Source: Ostreococcus lucimarinus
Lineage: Eukaryota
Direction: 5' to 3' (one strand)
Assembly (NCBI GenBank): GCA_000092065.1
Contig: CP000586.1
DNA: 64,000 nt
Part shown: positions 41,315-51,139 of the stretch, piece by piece
Numbering within the stretch: position 1 is the first letter of the stretch
Layout of the letters: each line of letters opens with the position of its first letter
Notes under the pieces: model-generated
What the model was told of the DNA's origin: nothing
Database searches by the model: none
The model's input: only the letters and a program-made list of their open reading frames with translations
Position numbers and translations under genes: made by a program

Positions 41315-43306
41315 ATGCCCTCGCGACGCGCGTCCGCGCTCGCGCGCGCGTCGCCGATCGCCGCGCTCGCGACGCTCGCGACGCTCGCGCGCGCCGACCA
41401 AACAATCCAGCGCGCGCACAAACTCGACGACGAGTTCGCGTCGAGCGCGATGCTGAGGTGCGAATCGTGCGCCGCGGTGACGCACGCGTCGATGGTGCAC
41501 ATCGACCGACTCAAGGCGCGCAAGATGGCGATGATGGGGTCGAGCGAGGTGGGCGACGGGGAAGTGGATTGGGCGGAGGCGTGCGAGACGCGCTTCGCGG
41601 CTGGGAGCGCGCGGTACGGATACAAGACGGTCGCGAACGAGACGCACATCGTCGGACCGGGAATCGATGTGTTCGCGAGCGTGGATGGAAAAGTGAGGGA
41701 TCGCGAAGGGGTGACGACGCAGCTGTACGCGAGGTGTAAGGCGTTGATGTACGAGTTGAACGATTTCAGCATCGCGGAGACGTACGCCGAGGCGGAGGCG
41801 GCGGTGGAAAAGTCGGGCGCGAAGGGCGCGGAGAAGCCGACGGCTGTGTTCATGAAGTTGTTAGACAAGAATTGCGTGGAAAACGTGAAAATGTGCGAGA
41901 GTGTCGATTGGTTCAAGGATGCGTTGTCAAAGTCGTTAGAGGAGTCGACGGAAGCGGCGACCGCGGCGGCGTCTGAACTGTCTAACGCGACGGTGGATGA
42001 GAATAACCTCGTAAACATCACCTTGGCCAATGAAAAGTGCAACAACGAGGATGACGAGCGCGCTATTTCTATTTCTTCCGCAGCGTGTGATGTACTCGTG
42101 AGAGAGCTTTTAAAGAAGGGTGACGAGAATACGAGAGCCTTTCACAATTTCACCGGCGAGGCGACAAAGTATGAAAAGCTCCTCGAGCGCGGCGGGGAAA
42201 AAAAGCTCGACGACGACGATGTGGACAAAGATGGTGATGTCCATGAGCTGTACGCGGATGCCATGTTGAATGCATCACAGATTAAAGCAAACATAACTCT
42301 GGCACGCGCAGCGGGCTACTTTTCGAGCGCGTTGGACATCGATTCCGAAAACTACGCCGCACGACACAATCTCGCCTACGCGTACAAGAGCGCCAAGAAC
42401 TGGACCGCGGCGAAGGATCACTTGTACATCATTGTCGCGAGTGAGCGTGCGAATGATATGGCGAGTGAAACGCGCGCCGAAAGTTTGAAGCTTTTATGTG
42501 AAGTCGAGTTCCACGATAAAAACGTGACTGGCGCCCTCAGCGCGTGTCGAAAAGGTGTCGAGTTGGACCAGTACAATTTCCACACCCTTCGGCTTTTGGC
42601 ACAAATTCACGTCGTTCGTTTCTTCGACGAGGTCGAGGCGATTCGTGCGACTGATGAAGACGATGTTCAAGAAGAGAGACAGCACAATATCGCGCACGAG
42701 CTCGTCCAAGCGCTCGATTTGTTCACGCGAGCCTTGGTCCTCAATCCGGTGAAGAATGAAATCGCGCAACTCGGCATGACTATTTATTTCTTGCAAGCGG
42801 CGCAAGACGCCGCTCTCAAGAAGCTCACCCGCGAGCAGCTTCAGGTACTCAAGAACGCTCGTCACTTTTGCTCGCGCAGCGGTACAGACGCGGACAGCGC
42901 GTGCGCAGACATGCTCGAACTCGCGGGTCAACACATGTTCGAAAAAGGCTTCATCGCCATCGGCAACGACGCCCTACAAATGGCGCTCGTCCTCGACAAG
43001 GCGCGCACGCAGCTTTGGTCCAGCCTCGGCTACGGTTTTATGACCATCGGCAAATTCAAACTCGCCAAAGTCGCCTTCGACAAAGCCAAAGAATCCGACG
43101 AAACCTTCACCCTTTCCTCCACCGTCGAAGACCTCTTCCGGCGCGGCGTCGACTTTGAGACCAAGCTCGACGAAGACCGCGCCACGGCGTCCGCGTCCTG
43201 GACCGAGAACCGCCGTCCGAACAAAGACGAGCGCGCCGAGCTCGCCAAGGAAGTCACCGCCAAGCTCGGCGCCGTTCGCGGCGTCGCCAAGCACGACGAA
43301 TTGTAA
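41315..43306 (+). CDS. hypothetical secreted/ER protein with N-terminal signal peptide, Cys-containing N-domain and TPR-like helical repeats
   Basis: MPSRRASALARASPIAALATLATLARA looks like a signal peptide. TPR-like segments follow (AARHNLAYAYKSAKNWTAAKDHLYI). No family assigned. The ORF is open from 41174. Confidence 0.45.
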   Translation: MPSRRASALARASPIAALATLATLARADQTIQRAHKLDDEFASSAMLRCESCAAVTHASMVHIDRLKARKMAMMGSSEVGDGEVDWAEACETRFAAGSARYGYKTVANETHIVGPGIDVFASVDGKVRDREGVTTQLYARCKALMYELNDFSIAETYAEAEAAVEKSGAKGAEKPTAVFMKLLDKNCVENVKMCESVDWFKDALSKSLEESTEAATAAASELSNATVDENNLVNITLANEKCNNEDDERAISISSAACDVLVRELLKKGDENTRAFHNFTGEATKYEKLLERGGEKKLDDDDVDKDGDVHELYADAMLNASQIKANITLARAAGYFSSALDIDSENYAARHNLAYAYKSAKNWTAAKDHLYIIVASERANDMASETRAESLKLLCEVEFHDKNVTGALSACRKGVELDQYNFHTLRLLAQIHVVRFFDEVEAIRATDEDDVQEERQHNIAHELVQALDLFTRALVLNPVKNEIAQLGMTIYFLQAAQDAALKKLTREQLQVLKNARHFCSRSGTDADSACADMLELAGQHMFEKGFIAIGNDALQMALVLDKARTQLWSSLGYGFMTIGKFKLAKVAFDKAKESDETFTLSSTVEDLFRRGVDFETKLDEDRATASASWTENRRPNKDERAELAKEVTAKLGAVRGVAKHDEL

Positions 43307-43363
43307 TCCAACATCCCCCCTCGCCCGCCCACGAGTCGCGTCACTCTGCGACGCACTCGAGCG

Positions 43364-44638
43364 ATGTCCCGCGCGCGCGGCGTCTGCGCCTTGGTCCTCA
43401 TCGACGACGGCGCCGCGACGACGCGCGACGCGGACGTGCCCGAGGAAATCATCCTCCAGCGCCTGCGCGCGTCGAGCGAGGACGACGACGGCGCGAGCGA
43501 CGACGACGGCGACGACGACGACGGGGTGCCGGGAATCCTCTCCCCCCCGTCCGCGCGCGACGTCGTCGTCATCGGACGCCAAAAGGGCGTCGTCGACCAC
43601 GCGATGGACTGCGCGAGCATTCCTCTGCTGCTCAGTCGCAAACACGCCGCGATGACGTGCGACGGCGCGGCGCATTACGTGCGAGATTTAGCGACGACGA
43701 ACGGGACGTTCGTGAACGGGTCGAGGATCGACGCCAAGGTGGACGTCGCGCTGAAAGACGGGGACGTCGTCGCGTTCGGAGGGCCGCGGTACGTGGCGCG
43801 GGATAGCGGTCGGTTGGCGAACCCGTTTCGGTATCGGTACGTGCGGTTGGAGCGCCCGGGGGTCGACGCGAGGAGCAAACGGCTGCGAGCGAGCCAAGAG
43901 AACGACGCGGCGAGAGAGGCGTTCGGGTCGCAGGGGGCGCAGTTGAGCCAGGTGTATCAGGCGGTGCAGGCGAGTCAGACGAGCGAGAGTTATGAGGAGT
44001 TGGATGATATGCTGAAAGCGCGGTTGAGGTCGATGTTCGATGGAGAGGTGGACTTCGCGCAGGCGTGCGCCAAACGGTACTTTGGAGTGGCGACGCCGAC
44101 GGCGTCGCCGAGTAAGTCTACGGGTAAGCGTAAGAGCGTGGGTCAAGCGACTCGAAGTGCGCCGAGTTCACAAGATCCTGATGCGGACGATGGGCTGCGA
44201 GATAAGCTCTCCGAGCTCGTTCTCGAACGCTTGCGAGACAGACCGGCGTGGGTGGAATCTGAACTCAAGTGCGCGATATGCCGCGAATGGATGACACTTC
44301 CCCACGCCTTGATCACTTGTGGACACCTCTTCTGCCTCGAATGCATCGACAATTCGTTTTGTCACGCCTACACGTGCCCGTGCTGCCGTTCGCGTCCGAA
44401 CGCGCCGCGTGAGCTCCTCTTCACGCCGTCGGCGCTCGCCGACAGACTCCTCGACAAATACGTCATACCAACCCTCACCACCAAGGAACTCCTCGACCGT
44501 AAGGCGAAGGAACAGAACGCCGTTCAAGCTCGCAAGAAACGAGTGAAACGCGCCGCTGAGGTCTCCATGCGCGTCGGCACTCTCTCCACGGTCTCCGTGC
44601 AAGAGACGCAGTCGGCGACGCCGCGAAGCGACGCGTGA
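43364..44638 (+). CDS. FHA-domain RING-finger E3 ligase (RNF8/CHFR-like architecture)
   Basis: FHA (VVIGRQKGVVDHAMD...LSRKHAAMTCDG...TTNGTFVNGSRI), then a C3HC4 RING (CAICREWMTLPHALITCGHLFCLECIDNSFCHAYTCPCC). Confidence 0.75.
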   Translation: MSRARGVCALVLIDDGAATTRDADVPEEIILQRLRASSEDDDGASDDDGDDDDGVPGILSPPSARDVVVIGRQKGVVDHAMDCASIPLLLSRKHAAMTCDGAAHYVRDLATTNGTFVNGSRIDAKVDVALKDGDVVAFGGPRYVARDSGRLANPFRYRYVRLERPGVDARSKRLRASQENDAAREAFGSQGAQLSQVYQAVQASQTSESYEELDDMLKARLRSMFDGEVDFAQACAKRYFGVATPTASPSKSTGKRKSVGQATRSAPSSQDPDADDGLRDKLSELVLERLRDRPAWVESELKCAICREWMTLPHALITCGHLFCLECIDNSFCHAYTCPCCRSRPNAPRELLFTPSALADRLLDKYVIPTLTTKELLDRKAKEQNAVQARKKRVKRAAEVSMRVGTLSTVSVQETQSATPRSDA

Positions 44639-44882
44639 CGCCGCGTGCCCTCGTCGCCCAGGTCCCGCGCCCGAAAACGTCCGCGGTGGACCGCTTAGCC
44701 TTCTTCAATTCGTGTTCACATTCTTTCATCACCGGCGCGGCGCTCGCGGGTTTGTAATTAATCTTCGCACGTGCGCTCGCCGCAGAGGTCCCAAGAGTCT
44801 TGGCCAAGACCCTACTACCATCGTGACCTCGCGACCTCGCGGTCGGCCATCCCTCTCTCTTTGACGCAAGAACGAAGACAAC

Positions 44883-44887
44883 ATGGG
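44883..44887 (+). CDS. RPS23: 40S ribosomal protein S23 (uS12), 5-nt start micro-exon (ATGGG)
   Basis: ATGGG is followed immediately by GTGCGT. Joining it to exon 2 gives [13 protein letters not shown], matching the S23 N-terminus MGKTRGMGAGRKL. A TOP-like pyrimidine tract (ccctctctcttt) lies just upstream. Confidence 0.6.
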
Positions 44888-45360
44888 GTGCGTGCGACAT
44901 CGCGATCGAACGACGCGACGAAACAAATCACCGACCATCGCGCGCGCGCGTGCGCACCGACGCGGCGTAGCGCGCGCGTCCGCCGCTCCGCCGCGCGGTC
45001 GATCGACGCAACCCCAGCGGGCGATCGATCGCGCGGTGGAAACGCGCGATGTGCGCGTCGACGACGGCGTTCGAGCGGTCATGGACGCGATGCTCGATGC
45101 GTGAAGATTCCACGCATCGTTGAATCGCGTCGCGATGCGCGTCGAGGGTTCGCGCGCGCGTCCGTGGGCGCGCGAACGCTGGGCGCGCGCGTTTAGGGCT
45201 TCGCGCTCGCGCGTGGGGGCTTCGCGCGCGCGCGCGACGCCCGGCGCGGTGATTGGGACGCAGTGACCGCACGATCGATTAAAACACCACGCGATCGCCT
45301 CGTTTCGTTCGGCGTGCGCGATGACTGACGGTGCGCGTCGACGCTTTCGCACGTTTGCAG
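44888..45360 (+). other. RPS23: RPS23 intron 1 (about 473 bp)
   Basis: GTGCGT donor, CTGAC 28 nt before the tttgcAG acceptor. Confidence 0.6.
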
Positions 45361-45766
45361 TAAGACTCGTGGTTTAGGGGCTGGCCGTAAGTTGCGCATT
45401 CATCGCCGCGAACAGCGATGGGCCGACAAGGATTTCAACAAGGCGAACTTGGGTTCTGAGTGGAAGAAGCCGTTCGCTGGTTGCTCGCACGCCAAGGGTA
45501 TCGTCTTGGAAAAGATTGGCATCGAAGCGAAGCAGCCGAACTCTGCTATTCGTAAGTGCGTGCGAGTGCAGCTCATCAAAAATGGCAAGAAGATTGCGGC
45601 CTTCGTCCCGCGCGATGGTTGCTTGAACTTCACCGATGAAAACGATGAAGTCCTCATCGCTGGTTTCGGTCGTAAGGGTCACGCTGTTGGTGATATTCCG
45701 GGTGTGCGATTCAAGGTTGTCAAGGTTGCCGGTGTGTCGCTCAACGCGCTCTTCAGAGAGAAGAAG
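45361..45766 (+). CDS. RPS23: 40S ribosomal protein S23, exon 2
   Basis: [90 protein letters not shown]...[22 protein letters not shown] is near-identical to eukaryotic S23. It ends at a GTACGT donor. Confidence 0.9.
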
Positions 45767-45878
45767 GTACGTCGTCGCTTTGGCTCTCGCGCGCTCAACG
45801 GTTGTTCGCCGCTCGTCTTTTTCGAAACGGAGATGTATGACCAAGATACTGACGCAAAGATTTTTTTACGTGTAACAG
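45767..45878 (+). other. RPS23: RPS23 intron 2 (about 112 bp)
   Basis: GTACGT donor, CTGAC branch motif, T7 tract, AG. Confidence 0.7.
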
Positions 45879-45896
45879 GAAAAGCCGCGTTCTTAA
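45879..45896 (+). CDS. RPS23: 40S ribosomal protein S23, terminal exon (EKPRS-stop)
   Basis: After a CTGAC...tttttttacgtgtaacAG acceptor, gaa aag ccg cgt tct taa gives the canonical S23 C-terminus (KKE[KR]PRS). Total 142 aa. Confidence 0.7.
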   Translation, partial: EKPRS

Positions 45897-46061
45897 ACGT
45901 TTGGACGTCTTTTGACGATGGAATGGATACGAACACGACAATAGTTAGACTCGCGACCGAGGGAAGCTTTGTTAATGCAAGTCAAGTCTTGGTTGGTTAT
46001 GAAAAATTCGCTAATGCTATGAAAGACTCGTCTTGGCGTGGACCAAGCGTCGACGTCATCT

Positions 46062-47237
46062 CTACGCCTCCATCGCGTCGTCAGCACTGTCGAGAGCAGT
46101 GCTGACGTGCACCATGAGCACCTCGCGGTGCTTGTCGACGACGACGACGAGCGATTCTGGAGGAGGGTCCACGTAAAGCCCTGGCAAGTACGCCTCGTAC
46201 GCGGGCATGAAACGATCGACAAAGTCTTTCACCTGTGAATCGTCCAGTCCCCCGTTCGCCTTTCTCTCGGCTTCGAGTCTCCAGTCGTACACCCACGCCG
46301 GGTCGTCCACCTTGAAGATGATCCACCACGCGACGTTATCTGGTCCCCAAAGCGCCGCCTTGTATTCCTTCAATCGCTCGTTAACGACCACTAAATCGGG
46401 ATTAATCGCACGCGCACGATCGGATTCGATAGGTTCGAACCCGAGCATCCATCCTTCCAAGAGCACGACGTCGAGAGGCGCCGATACACTCTCCCACTCG
46501 CTCTGCGGTTTGCGATCGCCCCTCCCGTCTCGAGCGAGCTTATCGTATCTCGGCGCCAGAAACTTTGACGTCTCCCCGTCCGAATCGTTGATTCGCGCTA
46601 AAGATTGAAGAGATCTCGATCCGAGCGCTAAATCATGCGTTCCCGCGTTCCCTCTGTACCGCAACATCGCGTTTCCGGGGTTTGCCTCGCCCAGCGCCGC
46701 CTGGTCCTCGTACGCGAGATAAAAGTCATCGATCGACAGCGTCACCGCCGTCACGTTCCCCGACTCATCCGCCGCCGAATCATCCAAAAACTTCTTCGGC
46801 GTCGCCTTTATCATGTCCACTATCGTCCTCGTCAGCGTCGTCTTCCCGCATCCCTGCGGCGCGCTCACGCCGACCACCATCGGCTTCGGCGTTCGCCCCT
46901 CCCTCGTCGTCCCCGCCTTTCGCCTGTGCATCCTCAGCCGCTGCACCACCTCCTCGTACACCGGCACGTAATATCGATACACCCTGTTCCTCGCCGCCTC
47001 CTCCGCCGTCTCCGCGTCCTCGCTCGCGCTCAGCTCGCGCGCGTCTCTCGCGAGCGCGCGAAACAGTCCCAGTCCCACCTCGCGCACGTGCGCGCGCCAC
47101 GCGTCGTCGCTCGCGTCGCTCGCGTCGTCGCCCGCCATCGGATCCCGTCCCTCGCGTCGCTCGCGCCTCGCCCCCGTCGCCGCGCGCGCGCGCGTGCCGT
47201 CGTCGTCGTCGTCGTCGCGCGCGCCGCCGACGCCCAC
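46062..47237 (-). CDS. GLYK: D-glycerate 3-kinase (GLYK, photorespiratory), plastid-type precursor
   Basis: P-loop [46 protein letters not shown]; collinear with plant GLYK. Confidence 0.85.
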   Translation of the reverse strand: MGVGGARDDDDDDGTRARAATGARRERREGRDPMAGDDASDASDDAWRAHVREVGLGLFRALARDARELSASEDAETAEEAARNRVYRYYVPVYEEVVQRLRMHRRKAGTTREGRTPKPMVVGVSAPQGCGKTTLTRTIVDMIKATPKKFLDDSAADESGNVTAVTLSIDDFYLAYEDQAALGEANPGNAMLRYRGNAGTHDLALGSRSLQSLARINDSDGETSKFLAPRYDKLARDGRGDRKPQSEWESVSAPLDVVLLEGWMLGFEPIESDRARAINPDLVVVNERLKEYKAALWGPDNVAWWIIFKVDDPAWVYDWRLEAERKANGGLDDSQVKDFVDRFMPAYEAYLPGLYVDPPPESLVVVVDKHREVLMVHVSTALDSADDAMEA

Positions 47238-47319
47238 TCCCGGGTCTTCGCGGCCGTCGCCGATTTTTTACGTGTAGCATCGCTTTTCGCGCGTTTGGGC
47301 GAATCGACGCGTCGAATGC

Positions 47320-48642
47320 GTGTCGAGACGCGCGCGCGCGCGAAATCCGATTCGTATAGGCAAACAGTTGACGATCGCGGTCGGTCGGTCGACGCGCGGA
47401 TGCCGCCACCGCTGGCGCCGGATCGACGCGACGCCGGATCGTCGTCGTTCGCGCTCGACACAGCGCGACGGCGACGCGGCCCGCGCGAGCGACGAAACGA
47501 CGCGCGCGATGACGACGCGCGCGATCGGCGCGCGACGCACCGCGACGTCGCCGCGCGCGACGACGACGGGCGCGACGACGACGACGGTTCGAAATCATCG
47601 ACGGGCGCGCGCGCGCGGACGATCGACGACGACGACGACGCGGGCGCGGGAAACGTTCGAGGGAGAGATCATCGACGGTGAGTACTCGGACGCGGTGACG
47701 ACGGAGGAGGAGGCGACGGCGCGGGCGGGAGGAAGCGCGGCGCGCGCGAGCGGGCTGGCGAGCGGGCTGGCGAGGCTGGACGCGCTGAGCGAGGCGATGG
47801 GGGCGGTGTACGCGACGACCGGGGACGTCGTGGACGTCGGGGGGTCGGGAGACGAGGACGCGCGCGATGATGACGCATCGGCGGTGTCGCTGGGCGTGAT
47901 CGACGTCGGAGCGGGCGGGGAGATGGCGCGGCAGCGAGACGTGGAGACGGTGCAGCTCATCAAGTGCAAGTTTCAAATGCGCAGACAGATGGCGTTCGGG
48001 GAGGAACTGCGGTTGGTCGGTTCGCACGCGAGCATGGGGGCTTGGGATATGACGAAGTCGCTGACGCTGACGTGGGGCGAGGGCGACGTGTGGACTTCGG
48101 ACGACGTCGAGTTGCCCGTGGACGGGGTGTTCATTTACAAGTACGCCGTCGTGCCCGCGGGACAGCCGGAAATCGTGACCGAGTGGCAGCAAGGAAACAA
48201 TCAAGTGCTGACGCTCACGCCGGACGATCTCCCGCGATTGTGGGTCACGGATAACTGGAGCGGGAACCCGGACATGGCGAGCGTGTTCCGCGAGGGCGGC
48301 GAGGCGTCGAGCAAGGAGAGCCGTCTCATCAACCGCGTCAAGGCGGCGGACGAGCGCGTCAAGGTTGCCGAAATCGAGAACAAGGCGTTGAAGGGTGATT
48401 TGCAGCAGATGACGATGCAAGTGAACGCGCTCCGCGAAGAAGCGCGCTTGGGTGCGAACGTGCGCATCGCTCTCAAAGAACAACTCAGAGCAGAGCAGCG
48501 TCGTTCAAACGTTTTGGGCAGTCAAGTCGACGCGTGGAAAACAAAGTTCCAGCAACTCACCGACGGCACTCCGAGCAAGAGCGCCGCCGAAGCGCCTCCG
48601 GACGCCGCGCAAAAGAGCGCGAACAAGGGCAAAACGCGCTGA
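47320..48642 (+). CDS. CBM20 starch-binding-domain protein with C-terminal coiled coil
   Basis: CBM20 consensus VQLIKCKFQMRRQMAFGEELRLVGSHASMGAWDMTKSLTLTWGEGDVWTSDDVELPVDGVFIYKYAVV, followed by heptad-rich KVAEIENKALKGDLQQMTMQVNALREEARL. The N-terminal 200 aa is low-complexity (transit peptide?). Start uncertain. Confidence 0.7.
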   Translation: MSRRARARNPIRIGKQLTIAVGRSTRGCRHRWRRIDATPDRRRSRSTQRDGDAARASDETTRAMTTRAIGARRTATSPRATTTGATTTTVRNHRRARARGRSTTTTTRARETFEGEIIDGEYSDAVTTEEEATARAGGSAARASGLASGLARLDALSEAMGAVYATTGDVVDVGGSGDEDARDDDASAVSLGVIDVGAGGEMARQRDVETVQLIKCKFQMRRQMAFGEELRLVGSHASMGAWDMTKSLTLTWGEGDVWTSDDVELPVDGVFIYKYAVVPAGQPEIVTEWQQGNNQVLTLTPDDLPRLWVTDNWSGNPDMASVFREGGEASSKESRLINRVKAADERVKVAEIENKALKGDLQQMTMQVNALREEARLGANVRIALKEQLRAEQRRSNVLGSQVDAWKTKFQQLTDGTPSKSAAEAPPDAAQKSANKGKTR

Positions 48643-48771
48643 ACGGCGACGCCCGTCGTCCATTGATACTCCCGACGCGACGTCGCGTCGGGCGCCGCTG
48701 TATTATCGCGCGCGCGAAGGAAGATTTTTTGCAATGCGAGATTTTATTTCGTTTCAACGCGCTACGTCGCG

Positions 48772-49728
48772 TCACGCGAGCTCTTTCAGTATGCTCAAGC
48801 ATTCGCGTTGGTACCCGCCCCCGAACATCACGTAGTGGTTCAAATAATGGTAAAGTTTGTACATCTTGGCGCGTTCTTCGAAACCGGGCGCCTTTGGGAT
48901 TTTCGCGTGGTACGCCTCGTAAAACGCGGGCGTAAATCCAGCGCACCAAGACATCCCGAAGTCCGCCTCGTGATGGCCGTAATACACCGCCGGGTCGAAG
49001 ACGCTCGGCTTTCTCCCCACGGTTCCTATGTTGCCGCTCCAGAGGTCGCCGTGCAAGAGCGACGGTTTGATCTCTCCGCACGCGCTAAACATATCAGCCA
49101 GCCTTTTATCGACCACTTTCTCCGCTAACTGGGTCAGCGTGGGATCTCTCGCGAGTCGAATCATGTGCATCAAGCGCTTATCGCGCCAAAACTCCAACCA
49201 CGACTCCGTCCACTGGTTTGGCTGCGGCGTCTCGCCTATGGTGTTATTCCGCTCAAATCCAAACTTCCCATTTCGCGCCTCCTCGTGGCTCGGCGTCGCC
49301 GCGTGCATCGTCGCCAGCGCGTTCCCGAACTCGCCCTGATCTCCTCGACCGCCGAAGTTCAGGTACTCCATCGCGATCGCCGAGCGCCATCCTCGCGCGC
49401 CCTCCGGCGCGCCGACGACGCCGTACACCTCCGGCACGACGAACGCGTTCGTCGCGCGCAGCGCCCGCAGTCCCGCGGCCTCGCCCAGGAACATCTCCGC
49501 GTCCCTCGCCGACGTCTTCGCGAACGCGCGTCGTCCGTCCGCGCACGTCGCCGTCGCGAACGTCGCCCACTGCGAGCTCCCCGCCGGGACGACGTCGACG
49601 ACCTCGCACGCGAGCTCGCGCTCGAGCCAGGACTCGAGCGCGTCGCGCGCGCGCGCGTCGCGCGCGCGTCGCCGTCTCGGCGCGCGCGCGCGCGCGACGC
49701 CCGGCGCGGGCGTCGCCGCGAGCGCCAT
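48772..49728 (-). CDS. FN3K: fructosamine-3-kinase family protein (protein-ribulosamine 3-kinase)
   Basis: Collinear with the FN3K family (EAAGLRAL...PEVYGV, LLHGDLWSGNIG, HHEADFGMSWCAGF). Confidence 0.8.
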   Translation of the reverse strand: MALAATPAPGVARARAPRRRRARDARARDALESWLERELACEVVDVVPAGSSQWATFATATCADGRRAFAKTSARDAEMFLGEAAGLRALRATNAFVVPEVYGVVGAPEGARGWRSAIAMEYLNFGGRGDQGEFGNALATMHAATPSHEEARNGKFGFERNNTIGETPQPNQWTESWLEFWRDKRLMHMIRLARDPTLTQLAEKVVDKRLADMFSACGEIKPSLLHGDLWSGNIGTVGRKPSVFDPAVYYGHHEADFGMSWCAGFTPAFYEAYHAKIPKAPGFEERAKMYKLYHYLNHYVMFGGGYQRECLSILKELA

Positions 49729-49785
49729 TCGAGACCGTCGCCGTCTGCCGTTCGTCGAGCGAACGGCAGACGGCGCCGCGCGACG

Positions 49786-51039
49786 ATGGAGGCGACGCGC
49801 GCGCGCGCGGGCGCGCCGACGCGACGCGCGACGGCGTCGTCGACGGCGCGCGCGCGCGCGCGGGACGCGCGACGACGACGACGCGCGCGCGGGACGACGG
49901 CGGCGTTCGCGAGCGACGCGAACGTCGAGCGCGCGATGCCGACGCCGACGGAGCGCGCGGGAGCGATGGAACGAGACGCGCGGGAAACGCGAGGGCGACC
50001 GCGCGCGGAGACGCTCGTGGACGCGTTCGAGTCGCTGCCGAGGGAGGAGCGCGTGCGCCTGGTCGAGCGGTACGTCCTCGGCGACGCGGACGACGTCGAG
50101 GCGCCGGCGGTGGCGATCGATGGAGCGGCGGCGATCGGAGGCGCGATCGCGCGCGATGTCGAGCGCGAGGACGAGGACGCGGCGCGCGGGATGACGGAGG
50201 AGGAATTGGCGGATTTGAGAGACTTTGGACCGAGCGAACGCGCGCGGGGCGACGCGCTCGGCGAGGACGCGTTGGTGGATAAATGGCGCGAGATTTTCGG
50301 GGAAGATCCACCGGAGAATAATGGAGGCGGTGTTGATGATATATTAGGCGCGGACGACGGCGCGTTCGGCGGTGGGGTGCTGGAAGAAGCGCGGAACGCG
50401 GCGACGAGACGCGCGTATGCGGCGGAGCGCGGATGGAAAAAGTTGGTGAACAAATTCGGTAGGCAAGGCGCCATCGTCGCCAGTGGCTTCGCGAGCGTGA
50501 GCGTGGTGGCGGTGTTGAGCGCGCTGTTCGCGACGTCGAACGCGGACGCGAAGTCAAAGGTCAAGGATGAGGCTGGCGGCGTCGCGCCCGCGCTCGAGAG
50601 CGAAGACGACGCCGTCGCCGGCGACGTCAAAGCTTTCGTCGAGCCAACGCGACGCGAAGCGCCGGCACCCGCTCCTGGGGGCGTGCTATGGGAGCGCAAA
50701 GTCATCGTCGACGATGACGATGCCTCGCCGTCGTCGTCGTCATCTTCGGCGAGTAACGGCGTACTGTGGACGAGGCGGAGCGACGAAGAGCGTCGCAAAC
50801 CTTCGGCGCGCGATCGCATGGGGGTTCCCACGGCGACGTTCGATGACAGAAATAGAGATCGGCGTGGGAGTGAGCCGCCACCACAAGTCATATGGACCCG
50901 CAAGAACGATCCAGAGATCGACGAGCTCGATGAAGATCCGCAAGAGCGCTCGCCGCCGCGCCGCGCAAGCGAGGCGTTGGACGACAACCTGGAAGATCTT
51001 CGTGCGTTCCGCCGTCCCGATCGAGAGTCGCCGCGATGA
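49786..51039 (+). CDS. hypothetical acidic low-complexity protein with one predicted TM segment
   Basis: ORF with E/D-rich codon-like composition and a hydrophobic AIVASGFASVSVVAVLSALFA segment. No family recognised. The antisense 542-aa ORF is judged an artefact. Confidence 0.4.
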   Translation: MEATRARAGAPTRRATASSTARARARDARRRRRARGTTAAFASDANVERAMPTPTERAGAMERDARETRGRPRAETLVDAFESLPREERVRLVERYVLGDADDVEAPAVAIDGAAAIGGAIARDVEREDEDAARGMTEEELADLRDFGPSERARGDALGEDALVDKWREIFGEDPPENNGGGVDDILGADDGAFGGGVLEEARNAATRRAYAAERGWKKLVNKFGRQGAIVASGFASVSVVAVLSALFATSNADAKSKVKDEAGGVAPALESEDDAVAGDVKAFVEPTRREAPAPAPGGVLWERKVIVDDDDASPSSSSSSASNGVLWTRRSDEERRKPSARDRMGVPTATFDDRNRDRRGSEPPPQVIWTRKNDPEIDELDEDPQERSPPRRASEALDDNLEDLRAFRRPDRESPR

Positions 51040-51139
51040 GTCGATCGAAGAATTAGTGTACCGAGTTAGTCATCTGTAAACCGTTGTGATTCAATACAAA
51101 GCAATTCAATTCTATTTATTGGCTGAAACAGTCACTACG

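Noticed and set aside
446-45878. Introner-element-like repeated introns (as described for Micromonas pusilla).
   Set aside because: The introns share only the GTGCGT donor and CTGAC branch motifs; I see no extended sequence similarity between them, so no evidence for a repeated intron family in this window.
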